Assembly: GCF_006345805.1 (NCBI RefSeq)
Contig: NC_042999.1
Span: 172,174,001-172,238,000 of the forward strand
Length of the DNA stretch: 64,000 bases
Source of the DNA: Octopus sinensis
Taxonomy: Eukaryota
Direction: 5' to 3'
Position 1 is the stretch's first letter. Every line of letters begins with the position of its first letter. Shown here piece by piece: positions 1 to 13,600 of this stretch. The notes under the pieces are model-generated. The model had not been told where the DNA came from, did not search any database, and saw only the letters and a list, made by a program, of their open reading frames with translations. The position numbers were made by a program, and so were the translations under genes.

Positions 1-1295
1 AAAGAGAAGAAGGGTGTAGGGAATTTGGTTATGTTTATTGTTTGATACTATTCAATATGATTTTATTGATAACTATCAGTCCAATTGCCATGAAGTTACC
101 TTTGAAATTCTGAACATATCTCTAAAACAGTACCCGTGTTTTATTCATTGGTACGTTTCAGCCCCAATGATGTGGTCATGCTGGAGTGCCATTTAGATTT
201 TTGATTTTCATTTTCTTTTCCTTCAATACATTCTCATTGTCATGCCTTTCTATTTTTAAATATTTTAAATGTTTCGTAATATTTTTGAATATTTATTTAT
301 TTATTTATTTATCCAATGTGTCAACTTACAAATATTCACATTTTCATAAAGTATTTGCTTAACCCCATTGAATTTTATCTCTCATTTTACTACAGTTCCA
401 ACCAATGCGAATCTATGACACTCACCAATCCTCTAAATTAACTTATCTCTTGTTGAAAATTTCATTCTTTTCATTTTAACTCTCTTGTCATTTTATATGC
501 TTTTATAATTTTATATATTCATTTATTTTTATTTTCTTATCACAAATTTCAAAGTTCATTCAGCGATTCATTTGCTATGTATAGTATTGGACTTTTGCCT
601 TTAATTTTTGACCAATCTAGTACCGATCCACACTACGTATTTTCCCCATAAGCACACCATTTCTTTCATCTTTCTCATTTTGTACTCTCTGTTTTATTTC
701 GGCTTACTTCAATTTTTTAACATTTCTTCTATTTTTATCGTTTCATTCTCTTCCTTTTATCCTAAATTTTCTCTTCTTTAATTTCTGTTTGTTTCTTCTT
801 TTACACTAATCACTACATCTTCTCTTCAACGTCATACACTACGAAATGTATACAAAATATAGATGTGCAAATTCTACAAGATTTCAGTTGTAACTCACTT
901 GAAAATTTTGTACACACACTGACGAAACTCAGAGAAGAAAGAGACTGACTCGAAAAAAATCAAATATACTGTTAATGTATACTATATTATTAAGTAGTCA
1001 TCTTTACTGCAGTCAACAATAAACATATATACAGATATTACATGGGTGTGTAGGGATAACATTATCCAGGCGGGTACCGTTGTACCTCTTCCTCATATTC
1101 CAAGTTATGGCTAACCGTATGATGTAGTACTAAGCGTCAATAATCAGGAAGTATTAGCAATCTAGCTACAAATCTTCCGATGGGCAACTTCGGGTTGTCT
1201 TTCTGAATAACATCGGGAGTGTAGATTTAAAACATTTATAAACGATACAGGTACATCTTCAATAATTTTACAAATGGTCATACAGTATAATTCTT

Positions 1296-1297
<2 letters not shown>

Positions 1298-1349
<52 letters not shown>

Positions 1350-1436
1350 CACACACACACATATATATATATACACACAAATATTTATGTATATATGTAT
1401 ACATATATATACACATATATATGTATATATATATAG
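1298..1436. repeat. (TA)n/(CA)n compound microsatellite
   Basis: Direct reading of the sequence. Confidence 0.95.
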
Positions 1437-1441
1437 TTATA

Positions 1442-1556
1442 GCTGTGTGTTAAGAAGCTTGCTTCCTAACCACATGATTCCGGATTCAGGTCCACAGTGT
1501 GGCAGCTTAGCTAAGTATCGTCTACTATCGCCTCAGGCCGACCAAATCCTTGTGAG
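1442..1556 (+). mobile_element. SINE family B, degenerate 5' fragment (tRNA-like head)
   Basis: gctgtgtgttaagaagcttgcttcctaaccacatg...gccgaccaaatccttgtgag matches the head of the full-length copy at 30821-31230. Confidence 0.75.
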
Positions 1557-1740
1557 ACAGCTAGCTGCTGAAGTCTACCGGCGAGTACTTAAACGTAGTT
1601 GGAATTCCTCACGTCATCCGTTTTAAATAATACAATTTTATCATAAAAATGAACAATTTAAGAATATCATTTAGAAATTTTCGCAATTTTTGTTTTAACT
1701 CGAAGGCGTGTTCGCGCAATTCAGCTGTTACTTAACGACG

Positions 1741-2226
1741 TTCGGTAAATTCCGTAAAAAATTTTTATTTATTTTCTGAGTGGAAATCTACATTTTGTTT
1801 GAAGTCAAGATAAAGTGAAAGAGATTGGAAATGAACATGGACGTGTATATGTGTTGACGGGGGATACGAGACAGAACGTGTGTATTGTTTGTGTATGTGA
1901 GACAGAAAGAGAGAGAGAGAGGGAGGGAGTGTGACAGCGTGCAATTTTTTATTTATTTTTCTCGCATCTTTTTGTAGTGAATGTGAGTGATTGACTAAGA
2001 GAGAGAGAGAGAAAGAAAGAAAGAAGTGTGTGTTGTGTGTGTGATTGTATGACAGAGAGAGAGAGGGAGGGAGAGAGAGCGTAATTTTTTTTTGCTTTTT
2101 ATATATGTATGCAAAATAAATTATCAGAGCACACAACTTCATACATGACAACACCTCTCTCTCTCTCCCACAGTCAGTCACTCTCAAACTCACTCTGTCC
2201 CTCTCTCTCACAGAGCAAGACACAAA

Positions 2227-2261
<35 letters not shown>

Positions 2262-2540
2262 AACACCTCTCTCTTTCTATTTCAGTCAAACACGCTAAAA
2301 GTTATGTGTGAATAAATAAATAAAATTTACGCTATCACTCTCTTACTCTCTCTCTCTCTCACACACACACACAGACACACACACACATAGCAACACACAC
2401 TTTCTGTCTCGCACCTGCCATCAACAGATACACAGGTCCTTGTCCATTTCCTCTCTCTTTCACTTCATGCTGACTTGAAACAAAATGTACATTTCCATCT
2501 ATAAAAATCTATAAATAAAATTTTTAGGGAATTTACCGAA
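1741..2540. mobile_element. Fold-back / MITE-like element with long imperfect inverted arms
   Basis: The left arm ttcggtaaattcc...ggaaatctacattttgtttgaagtcaagataaagtgaaagaga...gagacagaacgtgtg is the reverse complement of the right arm ending ggaatttaccgaa (2528-2540) over roughly 200 bp. The left half is purine-rich and the right half pyrimidine-rich; no coding capacity. Confidence 0.75.
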
Positions 2541-2912
2541 AACGTAATATAGCCGAAATTTGTTAAATTTATTATTCAATTTTCAATAAAGAAAACTCTC
2601 AAACTACCTATTGCCGCATTATCATTTAGTATAATAGCATTGCCTGGAAAAAAGATAGATTACATGGAAAAATGTGAGCAATAGAAATAATATTCTTAAG
2701 ATTATAAACCTGGAACAGTACAGGACAAGTTTTTGCCCGTAGAAAAGTTCATGACATGTTATTACGTCTGTAAAGTACAGAAGAGCAAAATGTTTATGCT
2801 GTTCTAAAATATACCAGATGCAATAACTTGTCCTGAACTTTTCGAGGTTTATAATCTTAAGAATATTATTCCTCTTGCTCGCATTATTCCATGTAATATA
2901 CATATGTTTATA

Positions 2913-4191
2913 CGAGGGGCGTTCAATAAGTAATGCCTCTGACCCACTTGCAGTTGTTTGATCTAGCTGAAATTTTGCATGTACAATTACCTATATCTCT
3001 ATAGATTAAGTGGAAAATTACAGCTCTGAACTAATTGTGGTTTCTGATTTACATGTGTTTGAACTAAGTCAAGTGTGAAACGGAGCCTGTTGAGTGTCGA
3101 GCAGTGATGCGGTTTTTGTATTTGAAAGGACGCACACCACGGGAGACTTTTGATGAAATAAAAGTAACTTATGGTGATGATGCCCCATCATATGACCTTG
3201 TAAAACGCTGGCATCGTGAATTCAAACATGGTCGGAACTTTGTGGAAACAGCTCCCAGATCTGGTTGCCCCCTTCTGCCATTGATGAGGCATCTGTCCGT
3301 CAAGTTGAGGCTGCCATTTTGGAAGATCGACGCATAACTATTCGCCAAATAGCCCATGAGGTCAAGATTAGTACGGGTCTGTGGAAACTATCATCCATGA
3401 CCATTTGCATATGCAAAAGGTGTCTGCCAGATGGATTCCCAGGCTGCTCACACCTTTCCAGAAGCAAGAACGCGTCGATAGCGCGAGGATGAAATTGAAG
3501 ATGTGCCAAGAAGATGAGTCAAAATTTTCAAAAGACTGATTACACAGGATGAAACCTAGGTCCATCACTATGATCCAGAGACCAAAGCCCAGTCAATGCA
3601 GTGGAAGCACCGTGACTCACCTCCTCCAAAGAAGGCAAGGGTGCAGCCCTCCGCTGGCACGGTCATGCTCACAGTCTTCTGGGACCAGGACGGAGTAGTG
3701 ATGACAGATTTCTTGGCGAAGGGTGCCACAATTACAGGAGTCTATTATGCTTCACTTTTGAGGAAATTAAGAGAAGCTATCAAAATCAAGAGGCGGGGCA
3801 AGATCAGCAAAGGCATCCTCCTCCTGCAGGACAACGCTCCGATCCACAACTCGCGTGTCGCCAGATCAGAAGCACAGGCGTGCGGCTATGAACTCATCCC
3901 ACATCTCCTGATCTGCACCCTGTGATTTTCACCTCTTCCCAGGCATGAAGTTGTTTTTGGAAGGAAAGCGTTTCCCAGACGATGCAGCCTTGATTTCTGA
4001 AGTCACGTCGTGGTTGGAGGACCAAGCTGGGGTCTTCTACAAAAACGGTCTTCAGAGCTGCATCAAACGATGGGAGAAATGCGTACCTCTGGGTGGTTCC
4101 TATGTAGAAAAAAACTAATAACTGTGCCAAGTTTCGTTGCTCTACTGCTATGGGAAGTGGGTCAGGGGCATTACTTATTGAATGCCCCTCG
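2913..4191 (+). mobile_element. Full-length mariner (DD34D) DNA transposon, 1279 bp
   Basis: TIRs of about 37 bp, CGAGGGGCGTTCAATAAGTAATGCCTCTGACCCACTT and its near-perfect reverse complement at the right end. TA target duplication at 2911-2912 and 4192-4193. Confidence 0.95.
3080..4118 (+). pseudogene. Mariner transposase pseudogene (frameshifted)
   Basis: ORF pieces give the HTH region (GDDAPSYDLVKRWHREFKHG), ARWIP-like, MLTVFWDQDG and LLQDNAPIH motifs. The start codon reads ACG, there are several frameshifts, and the PPYSPDLAP motif is partly deleted (about 3905). Confidence 0.92.
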
Positions 4192-4479
4192 TATATGTAT
4201 GTCTTTATAACTACAGCGTTATTTGCATTTCTCTTATTAAAGGACATTAACTTACTATAGACCAATATGAAACCACAATTATGTATATATTTATCTTCAT
4301 AAAATAATCATCTGCAACCAATTAGTAAAAAAGCGTCCTGACTTTCGGTGCAAGGATATATTACGACCCTCAATTGGATGCCGTCATGTATTTACTCGAC
4401 TACAATTTCAGCTACACTTTAATTGCAAGCTATATTAATTAAAATCCAGACAAATGTGTTAGCGCTCAGGCACTCTCCA

Positions 4480-4555
4480 CCACACACACATGCACACACG
4501 TAAACGCATGTACATACTACACACGTACAAACATGCACACATATATGCTTATATA

Positions 4556-4591
<36 letters not shown>

Positions 4592-4648
4592 CTTATATAC
4601 CTGTTATATGTACACACACATACGCACACACGCATATATATGTAGACA

Positions 4649-4692
<44 letters not shown>
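4480..4692. repeat. (CA)/(TA)/(TG) compound microsatellite
   Basis: Direct reading. Confidence 0.9.
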
Positions 4693-4693
<1 letters not shown>

Positions 4694-5407
4694 CAAAAAT
4701 GTACGTGCATAACTATATTCATAATTTCTTATACAACAGATTCAATGAAAATTTCAGATGCGTTCGCATAGTGCACGTATAACACAACGAACCTTAATTA
4801 CTTTCAGAGTTTTCTCATCCACTAAGATAAAGTAACAGAACAACGCAAACCGTACATAACACGAAAAAAAAATTACTGCCTTATTATAGATATTAAAGAT
4901 ATTTTGGGGAGGCTAATGAAGTTCTGAATATTAGATGTATCAAGAATTTGGTGATCCCTAAAATGAACGAGAAATCCTGTCCAAGAATTAGGTTCAAATT
5001 TATCGCACCTGTTGGAATATATTGATATGATGACATGTTGGGAAGTCTTCCACAAATATATGCTCTCCTCGAAGTACCTCAAATTCTGAATGCAGACGTC
5101 TTATTAAGGCTTAACGGTGAATTTCTAATAGAAAAAACCACAAAAATATCCTAGTACTCTTTATCTGTACTCTAAAACGGAGAAGTTCTAGTACCAATAT
5201 TGTTTCGAATCCAAGCACAATGGGGTATATCAATTTGGATGAATGTTAGTCGATTATATTAAAACTATTATTTGGAAGGTACTATATGTTATTGACTCTG
5301 AAATAATGACAAGATATATTTTACTACATCGAAAAAATAATTAGTTAGACATTCTGAGCGACGCTTGAGTGATTCCGTCAATTCATCTGATAATAAATAT
5401 TGTTTCT

Positions 5408-5600
5408 ACGCCGGGCGATAATACTTAACGCTATTTCGTCTGTCTTTACGTTCTCAGTTCAAATTCCGCCGAGGTCGACATTGCCTTTCATCCTTTCGGG
5501 GTCGATAAATTAAATACCAATTGCGTACTGGGGTCGATCTGATCGACTAGCCCCCTCCCCACAAATTTCGTGCCTTGTGCCTAGAGAAGAAAAGATTATT
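5408..5600 (+). mobile_element. SINE family A copy (5'-truncated)
   Basis: gttcaaattccgccgaggtcgacattgcctttcatcctttcggggtcgataaattaaatacc...ggggtcgatctgatcgact is shared with 5629-5845 and 39746-40135. Confidence 0.85.
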
Positions 5601-5628
5601 TAATATTATGATCCAATCTAAACAAAAA

Positions 5629-5845
5629 GGCGGCGAACTGGCAGAATCGTTAGCACGCTGGCCGAAATTTTTAGCGGTATTTGGTATGTCTTTACGTTCT
5701 GAATTCGATTCCGGCGAAGCTAACTTTTCCTTTCATCCTTTCGGGGACGATAAAGTAAGTACCAGTTGCGTTCTGGGGTCGATCTAATCGACTCTCACCC
5801 CTCCCCTCAAAATGTCGGGCCTCGTGCCGAGAGTAGAAAAAGTGA
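5629..5845 (+). mobile_element. SINE family A copy
   Basis: Head ggcggcgaactggcagaatcgttagcacg plus the same cctttcatcctttcgggg core; tandem with the preceding copy. Confidence 0.85.
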
Positions 5846-7329
5846 GTATTGCTTCTATATTTAGACAAAAGTTTAATTGCTTTGAGGGAAGGTGATTAGG
5901 TGATATTATTGGTTTCTTTAACTGTCTGGAACCCATGGGATAACAACGTTAAACTCAGCAAGCATTGAACTTTGAACGCATCTTAGAACAATTACTTAAC
6001 GCAAGATATTTTCTCCAGCACTAACTTTTTTCCACATTGTAGTTGGGCTTAGGGAAACTTTGCAAGACACGTGGATTCCTCGATATATATTAGCTTTCAT
6101 ATAGAGAGAACGAGGAAACGAATTAAAAAATTAAAAACTTGGTATAAGACGCAATTATATGTGTTTGATACTGAAGGATGTTATCCTCTGCAATATCGAA
6201 TGTAGATATATGATCTTTATTGTGGAAGGCGTCAAATTTGTTCTTTCATCACATAGAAATTGACAAACTATATAACAGTAACACGTCATATCTCGCTCAC
6301 ATATTGAAAGGCGTATCGTCTGTATGTGTTTGTTTTGCTAGATGTTGTTAAGCTGTGAGGGAACGCGTGAGCTCATAAAGAAATATTGATTGGATATTTA
6401 TGACTCGTAATTCTGTTTCCAACCCTTTATACAATGTTACTTGTAGAACAAATCAGTAAAAAAAAAATGAATCTTTAAAATGTTAACCGTATCGCCGTGT
6501 TTTTAGAAAATATGTTATTTTTATGTTCATTTGCCCTGTTGTCACGCAGTACGTGTACAAAATATCAAGCAAAATTTAGAAAGAAAAATAACTAATAAAA
6601 ATTATGGGAAATTGCCATAACTGTTACTATGGTATCGAGAATACAAGAATACAAATATGCAGGGTGCCTAAAACTGAAGAAGTGTTTCTGATATTTCACA
6701 TCCGTCCCAGTCTCCATGTTGTTTTCAATAAAACTGAAAGCACGCCAAGTAAACAGTATACCATAAATTATGCTTAATAAGCAATAAGCTAATAAGAGTG
6801 GCATAAATATTTCATGGCATTATTCAGAAATACTGAGCACAGGGCAACTAATATGAGACTATTGTATCTGAGGAGTTACAAGTGAGTTGATGAAGTTTGT
6901 GTATTTAAGAGAATCGATTCAATGATAACACAGTGGAGACAAGAATAATATAACTATTAGTTGAAATTTATTTATTTAGTTGGTATCAGTAATTGTTGTC
7001 ACTTTAAAAAAGTCTAGTCTAGTGAAATAATCAGTAATGGAAAAATATTTAATTATTACGAATTTTCATTGGAAGTAGAATGTGGTGACGTATTAATCAT
7101 GATTCGTTGACTTTTTACGACTCAGCGCCTTCACTCTAAATGTCTAACAATATTTATTTTCACCCAATTAAGTTAGCAGGCCATCTCCTGGTGACGCTGC
7201 CATTCATTTATCTAAATTATATAAAGTAAATACCAGACATGTCTGGCGGTTCATTTCCTCCATTATACTCACCTCTACGAAGTTTGTTTGGAGTATGATT
7301 AAACATTAACTGAACTATCGGCAGGAAGT

Positions 7330-7361
<32 letters not shown>

Positions 7362-7615
7362 TGAGCCTGAGAAAGAAGAAATGTCTCAGTTGTAGTAGGA
7401 ATAGTATCAGTAGTAATATTTCTAATGCAGTAAAATTAGCACAAATTATCTGAGGGAACTTTCATGTAAAATTAGTAGCAGCAAGAGGTCTATTACTACT
7501 ACTACTACTGCTGCTGCTACTACTACTACTAGCACTAGCACTACTACTACTACTAGCATTGCCACTAGCACTACTACTACTACTACTACTACTACTATTA
7601 CTGCTGCTACTGCTT
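7330..7615. repeat. (TAG)n tract followed by (CTA/CTG)n tract
   Basis: (AGT)n at 7330-7360 and complementary (ACT)n-rich repeats at about 7491-7615. Confidence 0.9.
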
Positions 7616-10600
7616 TTATTTACTAATGTTTTATCAAATTATTCTTCCCCTGCTATGCCAACAGTCATCGATAATCATTGATCACCGTTTTGTATATATT
7701 ATCTCTATATCAAACTGTCTATATATCAAACTGCTTAAGCCATAATCTCCCAATTGCTCTTCTCTGGCTTGGTCTTCCCCCAGTTAGGCTTTCAACACAA
7801 AGCTATATAATGCTCAAAAACTCATCATTTCAGTATGAGGAAATTTTCTGATGCTTTCTCCTTCTACCAGAATACAAAAACTTCATTGTCCAAGAGGGAG
7901 AAGGCCGTGCTGTATTCGTAATACACATAAAGGTGTGGATAGTTAGTATACAGAAGAAATACATTAACCTGATTGTTTAGGTTTGGGATGGACAGAAAGC
8001 GAGAGACACACACACAGACACACACACACACACAATCAGAGACAGGTAGTCGGACGATAACTGAAAAAGAAAGATGCTATTGAGTTCACAATAGCAACGT
8101 ATATTAAAGTATTATCTTTTTACAAAGGGATCTTGTTGAACGTCAACATGTTGATTTACCATGTGGCTTACAGGGAAATGGCAGTTTTACATTAGAATAT
8201 AATTATATATAATATATAAATATGTATGTTTTCAAACCCGATGAATCACATCGTCACTCTGTGAACTTTGCTTACCGATCTTTGCCGTAGTTATGCTTAA
8301 GATGTAATTTCCAAGACACGCCCATTGGAGAAAGTATTTGAAATATATTTTTCTTCGTGGACTTCAAACCAGAAAGTAGCCAACTGACAAAGACAGTTCT
8401 TTTCGATTCTGACCACCAGATATGTGAATATTTATACATGTGCGTGTGTAGATACAGTTGAACTGAAGTAGAAGTTGTGCACACTAACTCCTTGTATGTG
8501 CACGCGCGAGTGTCCAGATATTCTTTATGTATGTGGTATGAAAATGTACATATTTTCATTCCATGGGGTACCAAATAGAGAATCCCTGGTATATTTTAAA
8601 AGGTTTTTATTTTATCTTTAATCGTTCCTATTTGGAGAAAGAATACCTCTTCGTTATCTAGTGAACGCTGTCGTTTCTGCTTTTTTTTATGCAAACCAGT
8701 TCATACTCGACCGTATGCAATTACGATAGTGAGTACAATTTGAAATATAGTCTGAATTTAAGTGCACTATATTTTACAGTAGTTTTGCTTTAGATGTCTT
8801 TTTCCTATACTTTAAAAGAGACATCCATATTGGTCGTGCAGCTAATTGATGCAGCAGTTCATGTTCTTTACACTTTATTTCCGTACTACAATACTGGAAT
8901 AATTGTGCTTGCACTAGGATGCTGTTTCTTTCGCTATGTTCCGCCAATATTTTTGTTTTATTGTATAGATATATTATATTTCTTGTGCGTGTTTCGTAAC
9001 GCTATCACAATACTTCTGGTGTAAGCATTGTAGATAGGTTTAATGAATATGTTCTCGTATTGCAAAAGTATTAGCTTGCGGATATTTTTGACAGCAGATG
9101 TTGATATCGTGGGTGGGGGTGTATTTCGCAATGGAATAGCTCTACCGACAATTTCTGTTATTCTTTCATCATAGAGAGGCGTCTTTATCTCTGGAGCTGA
9201 ACAGCAATTTTATAGCTGGTTAAAAAAATTGTTGGGTTCTACTTGAAAACTAAACTATTTATTACAGTTTCAGGAGAGGGTAGTCATCCGGTGAATGTGG
9301 CTGGTGTGCTCTAGTTTTCGAACTTATATATTTTTGTAACATTCTAGGCTGGCATAGCGTGTTTCTTTTCTTCACATTTTTGCTTAGGTCAGTTAGTTCA
9401 GCGACTTTTGGCTTACTGGTATACATTGAAGTTTCCTTCAACTAATCTTATGATATCAGTTTAACTATTTCACATACTGGGATGTACTCATGTTGCTCGT
9501 ATCTGTTCAGTGAGTGTTGTCTATGTGACACGATGTGACACTTAACTTCTGTGAAATCACACTTATGCATCTGCTACTATTCCTCTTTTAATGGTAGATC
9601 CTGTCTGTCACAGGTCCTCTCATGAACATAGACTATCATTATTGTTAGGTTCTCCTTACACCTAATGTCAAAGTATCCCTTTGTCTTTATAACTATACTC
9701 ACACACCAACGGACAATATATTTTCGCTGATTCCGGAATATTTGCAATATTTATCTCAGATTATAAGGAAAGAAGACAGGTCACAAGTATCCATACTCCT
9801 TTTTAGTTCGTCACTTTTCTCATTTGAAATACAAATATGAAAATTTCCTCACCAACCACCATTTCTTTATGCTGTGAGAATGCCATGACCAGTGGTTACT
9901 CTGAACTAAGTGTTTAGGTTATAACTACAACAAAACTTGTGTTATTTTCTTTTCATAGGTAGTTCCTAAATTTGTACCATATACATTTCCTGACGGGGGG
10001 TGTATCAAGTTCGATTATAGATTTTCTTTTTCTTTAATATAAATTTGTACCACATTTTAGATATGATTAAACTTGCATATGCTATAATTTATTTAAACAA
10101 CCTTAATTCAGATATTCAAAAGTTGGCCACAAATAAGAATTAATACTAGATTAAACATAGTTACATCTTTCAATAATAACCGTTTCACAAATTCATGGTA
10201 ATTTTATCTTATTCGTTGTATGAAAGAATTATAAGTTCCCAACATGTCTAGAATTATCTAACTGCGGTCATCTTATTTTAGCCCTTCTTTACGATTCTTA
10301 ATTTCCCGTTATTGATTTATTGGATACGATTGAGTTTATAATGTTGCTAAAACATTGTTTGTATCAATGTGAGAAATTCCTTATTTATGACAAATGTTAT
10401 GGACAGAACCCGTAAAACATTGGATACATTCCTTTGCGGTATTTCCTTAACGATCTAGATTGGCATCTTCTTTCCTATGAAATAAGTAGCAACGATATAC
10501 TGGGGTGGCTCAATCAGCTAAACCACAACCATTACTGATTTGTAACCTTACATTAAATTTAGAAATCATTATCGCTTTAATTGAGAATTACTCTAAATAG

Positions 10601-11727
10601 CAGCACAAATAGTATCAAAACTATCACTAAGAGAATTTCTATGATCACTATGACAATATATCGTTGGTGTCGGTGTTACACATGTGAAGGTCTATTAACC
10701 AAGTAAATAAACATGTTTTCTTAGTGTCTTTCTTTAATAAAGAGTGGATAATTTAACAGCATCCAGATCACCATGAATATGCCATAAATATCGGAAAGTT
10801 ATGAAAAAGCTATTAAGAATATTTCCAAGAAGCAATAATATTCTACCTTATTAATTTGCTGAGTTTTCAGTTAATTATCCAGATGAAGTTGTAATTAATT
10901 GATGCAAAGAAAATGTCTCTATTTATTTGAGAATTATTTTTTCTGTTTTCTATAAATCTGTTTTGATTTTTATTATTTTTGTCGGTTTCTAAACAATCAT
11001 AACAAGTTTTAAAGTTTTAATAAACTCCAAAATTGCGAATACTTAATGAAAATTCGTTCACTGGAATCAATTGAAACATGTGACTCAGCCCGTTTAATTA
11101 CAATTTTTTTTAATAGTTGGAAAATGTTTATGTATGAGGTGGTTTCATTTTACACATGTGGTTCAGCATTATTCTTTTAATTTTCAAGTGATACGGTAAA
11201 CACATTCAAGCATGTTAGAGGCTGGGGTAAAGATTTCGTGTGTTTGGTCAAATAGCAATTTATGAACAGGAATATGAATTTATCTAAGAAACAAATATAT
11301 ATATATATATATATATATAGATAATCTTTATAAACTTTTATGGAGAAGAATAGTACGAAAAGTGGAAAGTCGTTAATTATATGGGTTTCCCATCGCTTAA
11401 AAAAGAAAATAGATTTTCATAGGAGATAAATAAAAAAAGATGGCATAAATTGACTCTTTCAAGTGTCCTTGCGGACGATGATAATTGTTTCCGGTTGAGA
11501 ATAATGAACATTAAATAATTAATAACAAAGTTGTCTTTCAAGATACTCGACAACAATGCTTACAAAATCAAAAAAGACATAAAATGGAATTGCAGAAAGA
11601 GAATCACCACAAATATAACCTCAGGAGACGTGTTATCCCCCGGATAAGAAAATTTGCACATCATCCACAGATGGTTATGTTCTATGCTACTAGACAATAG
11701 AAATATTCTTATCATTCAGCTGATTCA

Positions 11728-11760
<33 letters not shown>

Positions 11761-11778
11761 ATTATATATACATAATTT

Positions 11779-11935
11779 ACAACAAAATAAACAAAACAAA
11801 TGACGAAGACGGGGGTGTAAGCAACAAGCAGATGTATCAGTTTAACGCTCGGGATTTGAGAAAGTCTTTTATGTTTCGAGCTCACGCTCTTCAACTGAAA
11901 GGAGCACAGATATAAACAGAGAGAGAAAATAATTA
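11779..11935 (-). mobile_element. Penelope-like terminal fragment with degenerate hammerhead motif (same family as 34037-34228)
   Basis: Shares gacgaagac...cagatg...aacgctc...aaagtctttt..gtttcgagc..acgctcttc with 34037-34228; lies next to a (TA)n tract. The Penelope assignment is inferred from the hammerhead-like core. Confidence 0.6.
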
Positions 11936-12904
11936 AAAAAATGTTTATATATACTTATGTATATAATAAAATAATGAAATATTTATGTATTGAATTTCCC
12001 CAAATAGTTTCAATTTAAGTTAATTCTTCCAATTCCTTTTATAATGCTCTATTAAATAGCGGTTAGCCTCAAAATTCTGACCCCTGTGATATGGACCATA
12101 CCATGGATTAAGATAGCACCTTTAAATGACGTTCGTACCATTCCTTACTATTTCTATTATTTTTTTATATGAGTGCATGGACGCATAAATTTATGTATAT
12201 CTAAGTATCAAAAGTTGATGTGCGTGCATTGATCGTGAATGAGCCTAAATTTAGCGCTAAATACATGCGGCTTCGATGCTGAAAGGCTGCGTAATTACAT
12301 TCCCATATAGGGGCGGCTTGACTATATTAGACGTGTAGAGTACCGCAAATATGATGCAGTCGTATTTCATATAAATATCTAAACATTTACGTGTCTACCT
12401 TTGATCTGTCAATTCTCGATTAATAAACATTGTTCCCACTAACGAGAAAACGCAGCAGAATCGTGGCATGATAATGCAAATATGTTCAGCATATTTGTAA
12501 TAATATCGCATCTCATATCTTATTCAATATTGAAGATTCATTCTGCATGGTGCTAATGTAATGCATATGCATATTACATGTTTAAGTTCACAATCAAGCA
12601 TTCATTTTCTCATACTTGCATGTGGCAGTATTTATTTCATCTACAACTATCACTAACTTTATTTATAATCAATCAATGTAAGTATCAATTACACCAATAC
12701 TGAAAACAAGCTATTCCACAATTGGTTTCTTATACATTTTAACCTTTCGATAATTGCTCATATTTCACTTATTCACTTACTGTCACATTCGTGTTGTAGT
12801 TAGTTTTATACCTTAATATGCGTTCGAAAAATATAAAGGTTGACAGTATCAATTACAGATAGGCTGTTCTTACTGATGGAAATTTCATAGCTCTCTGATA
12901 GGTG

Positions 12905-13600
12905 CGAGGCGTTATCAAAAAAGCTCCCGGACTAGGTATGCTGGATATAAAAAAAATATTTACCTAAGTTTTAACATATCTTCTTCTAAATAGTTACCGT
13001 GCACAGAAATAAACCGATCCCAGCTTTTCTGCTCCCTTTGGAAGTCGACCTGGATGCTATTTTCTGTAAGCGAATCGAGGACATTCTGCGATTCGCACTG
13101 GATTCGAACAGCTGTGTTGAAACAGCGACCTTTGAGCTATATTTTCATATTGGACAAGAGATGAAAGTCTACAGGTGCTAAATCCGGCGAATAGAGCAGG
13201 TGCAGAAGCAATACCATGTGTATTTTGGCGAGAAACTCACGAGTGAGGCGAGTTCACTGACAGGGTACGTTGTTATCTTGAAGAATACACTTCTTCGCTC
13301 TCCATAAATCCAGTCGCTTTCGCCAAATGTCCTCGATTAAACGCTTCAAAACGCGCTTAAATGTCTCCGAGAATTCTCATGCACGAGCTGATGGTAGGTC
13401 TTCCAGTTCACTCATCGTCTTCTAGGGACGTTTCTCCGCTTTCGAAGCGCCTGTGCCACCCGAGACATTGTGTACGACGCATTGCATTTATTATAATAAT
13501 TTTTCTTATTAAATGCTTTGTCGGACAACACTTCCGAAACGTGATCTTTGATGAAAAAAGAATTATTATGATATACTTCACCTAATATTTTTCTGATATG
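12905..13600 (-). mobile_element. Internally deleted mariner remnant
   Basis: The minus strand encodes GWHRRFESGETSLEDDE (HTH region, about 13400-13460) and HLLYSPDLAPVDF (about 13165-13200). TIR-like cgaggcgttatcaaaaaagctcccggact at 12905. Right boundary approximate. Confidence 0.8.

Noticed and set aside
919-955. CTGACGA...GAAA with a partial TCAG/CTGA stem
   Set aside because: No stem III, no cleavage triplet and no stem I; at most an unrecognisable relic.
8880-9620. Stretches of 55-70 open codons on the minus strand
   Set aside because: Interrupted by stops with no identifiable domain; probably an ancient decayed element.
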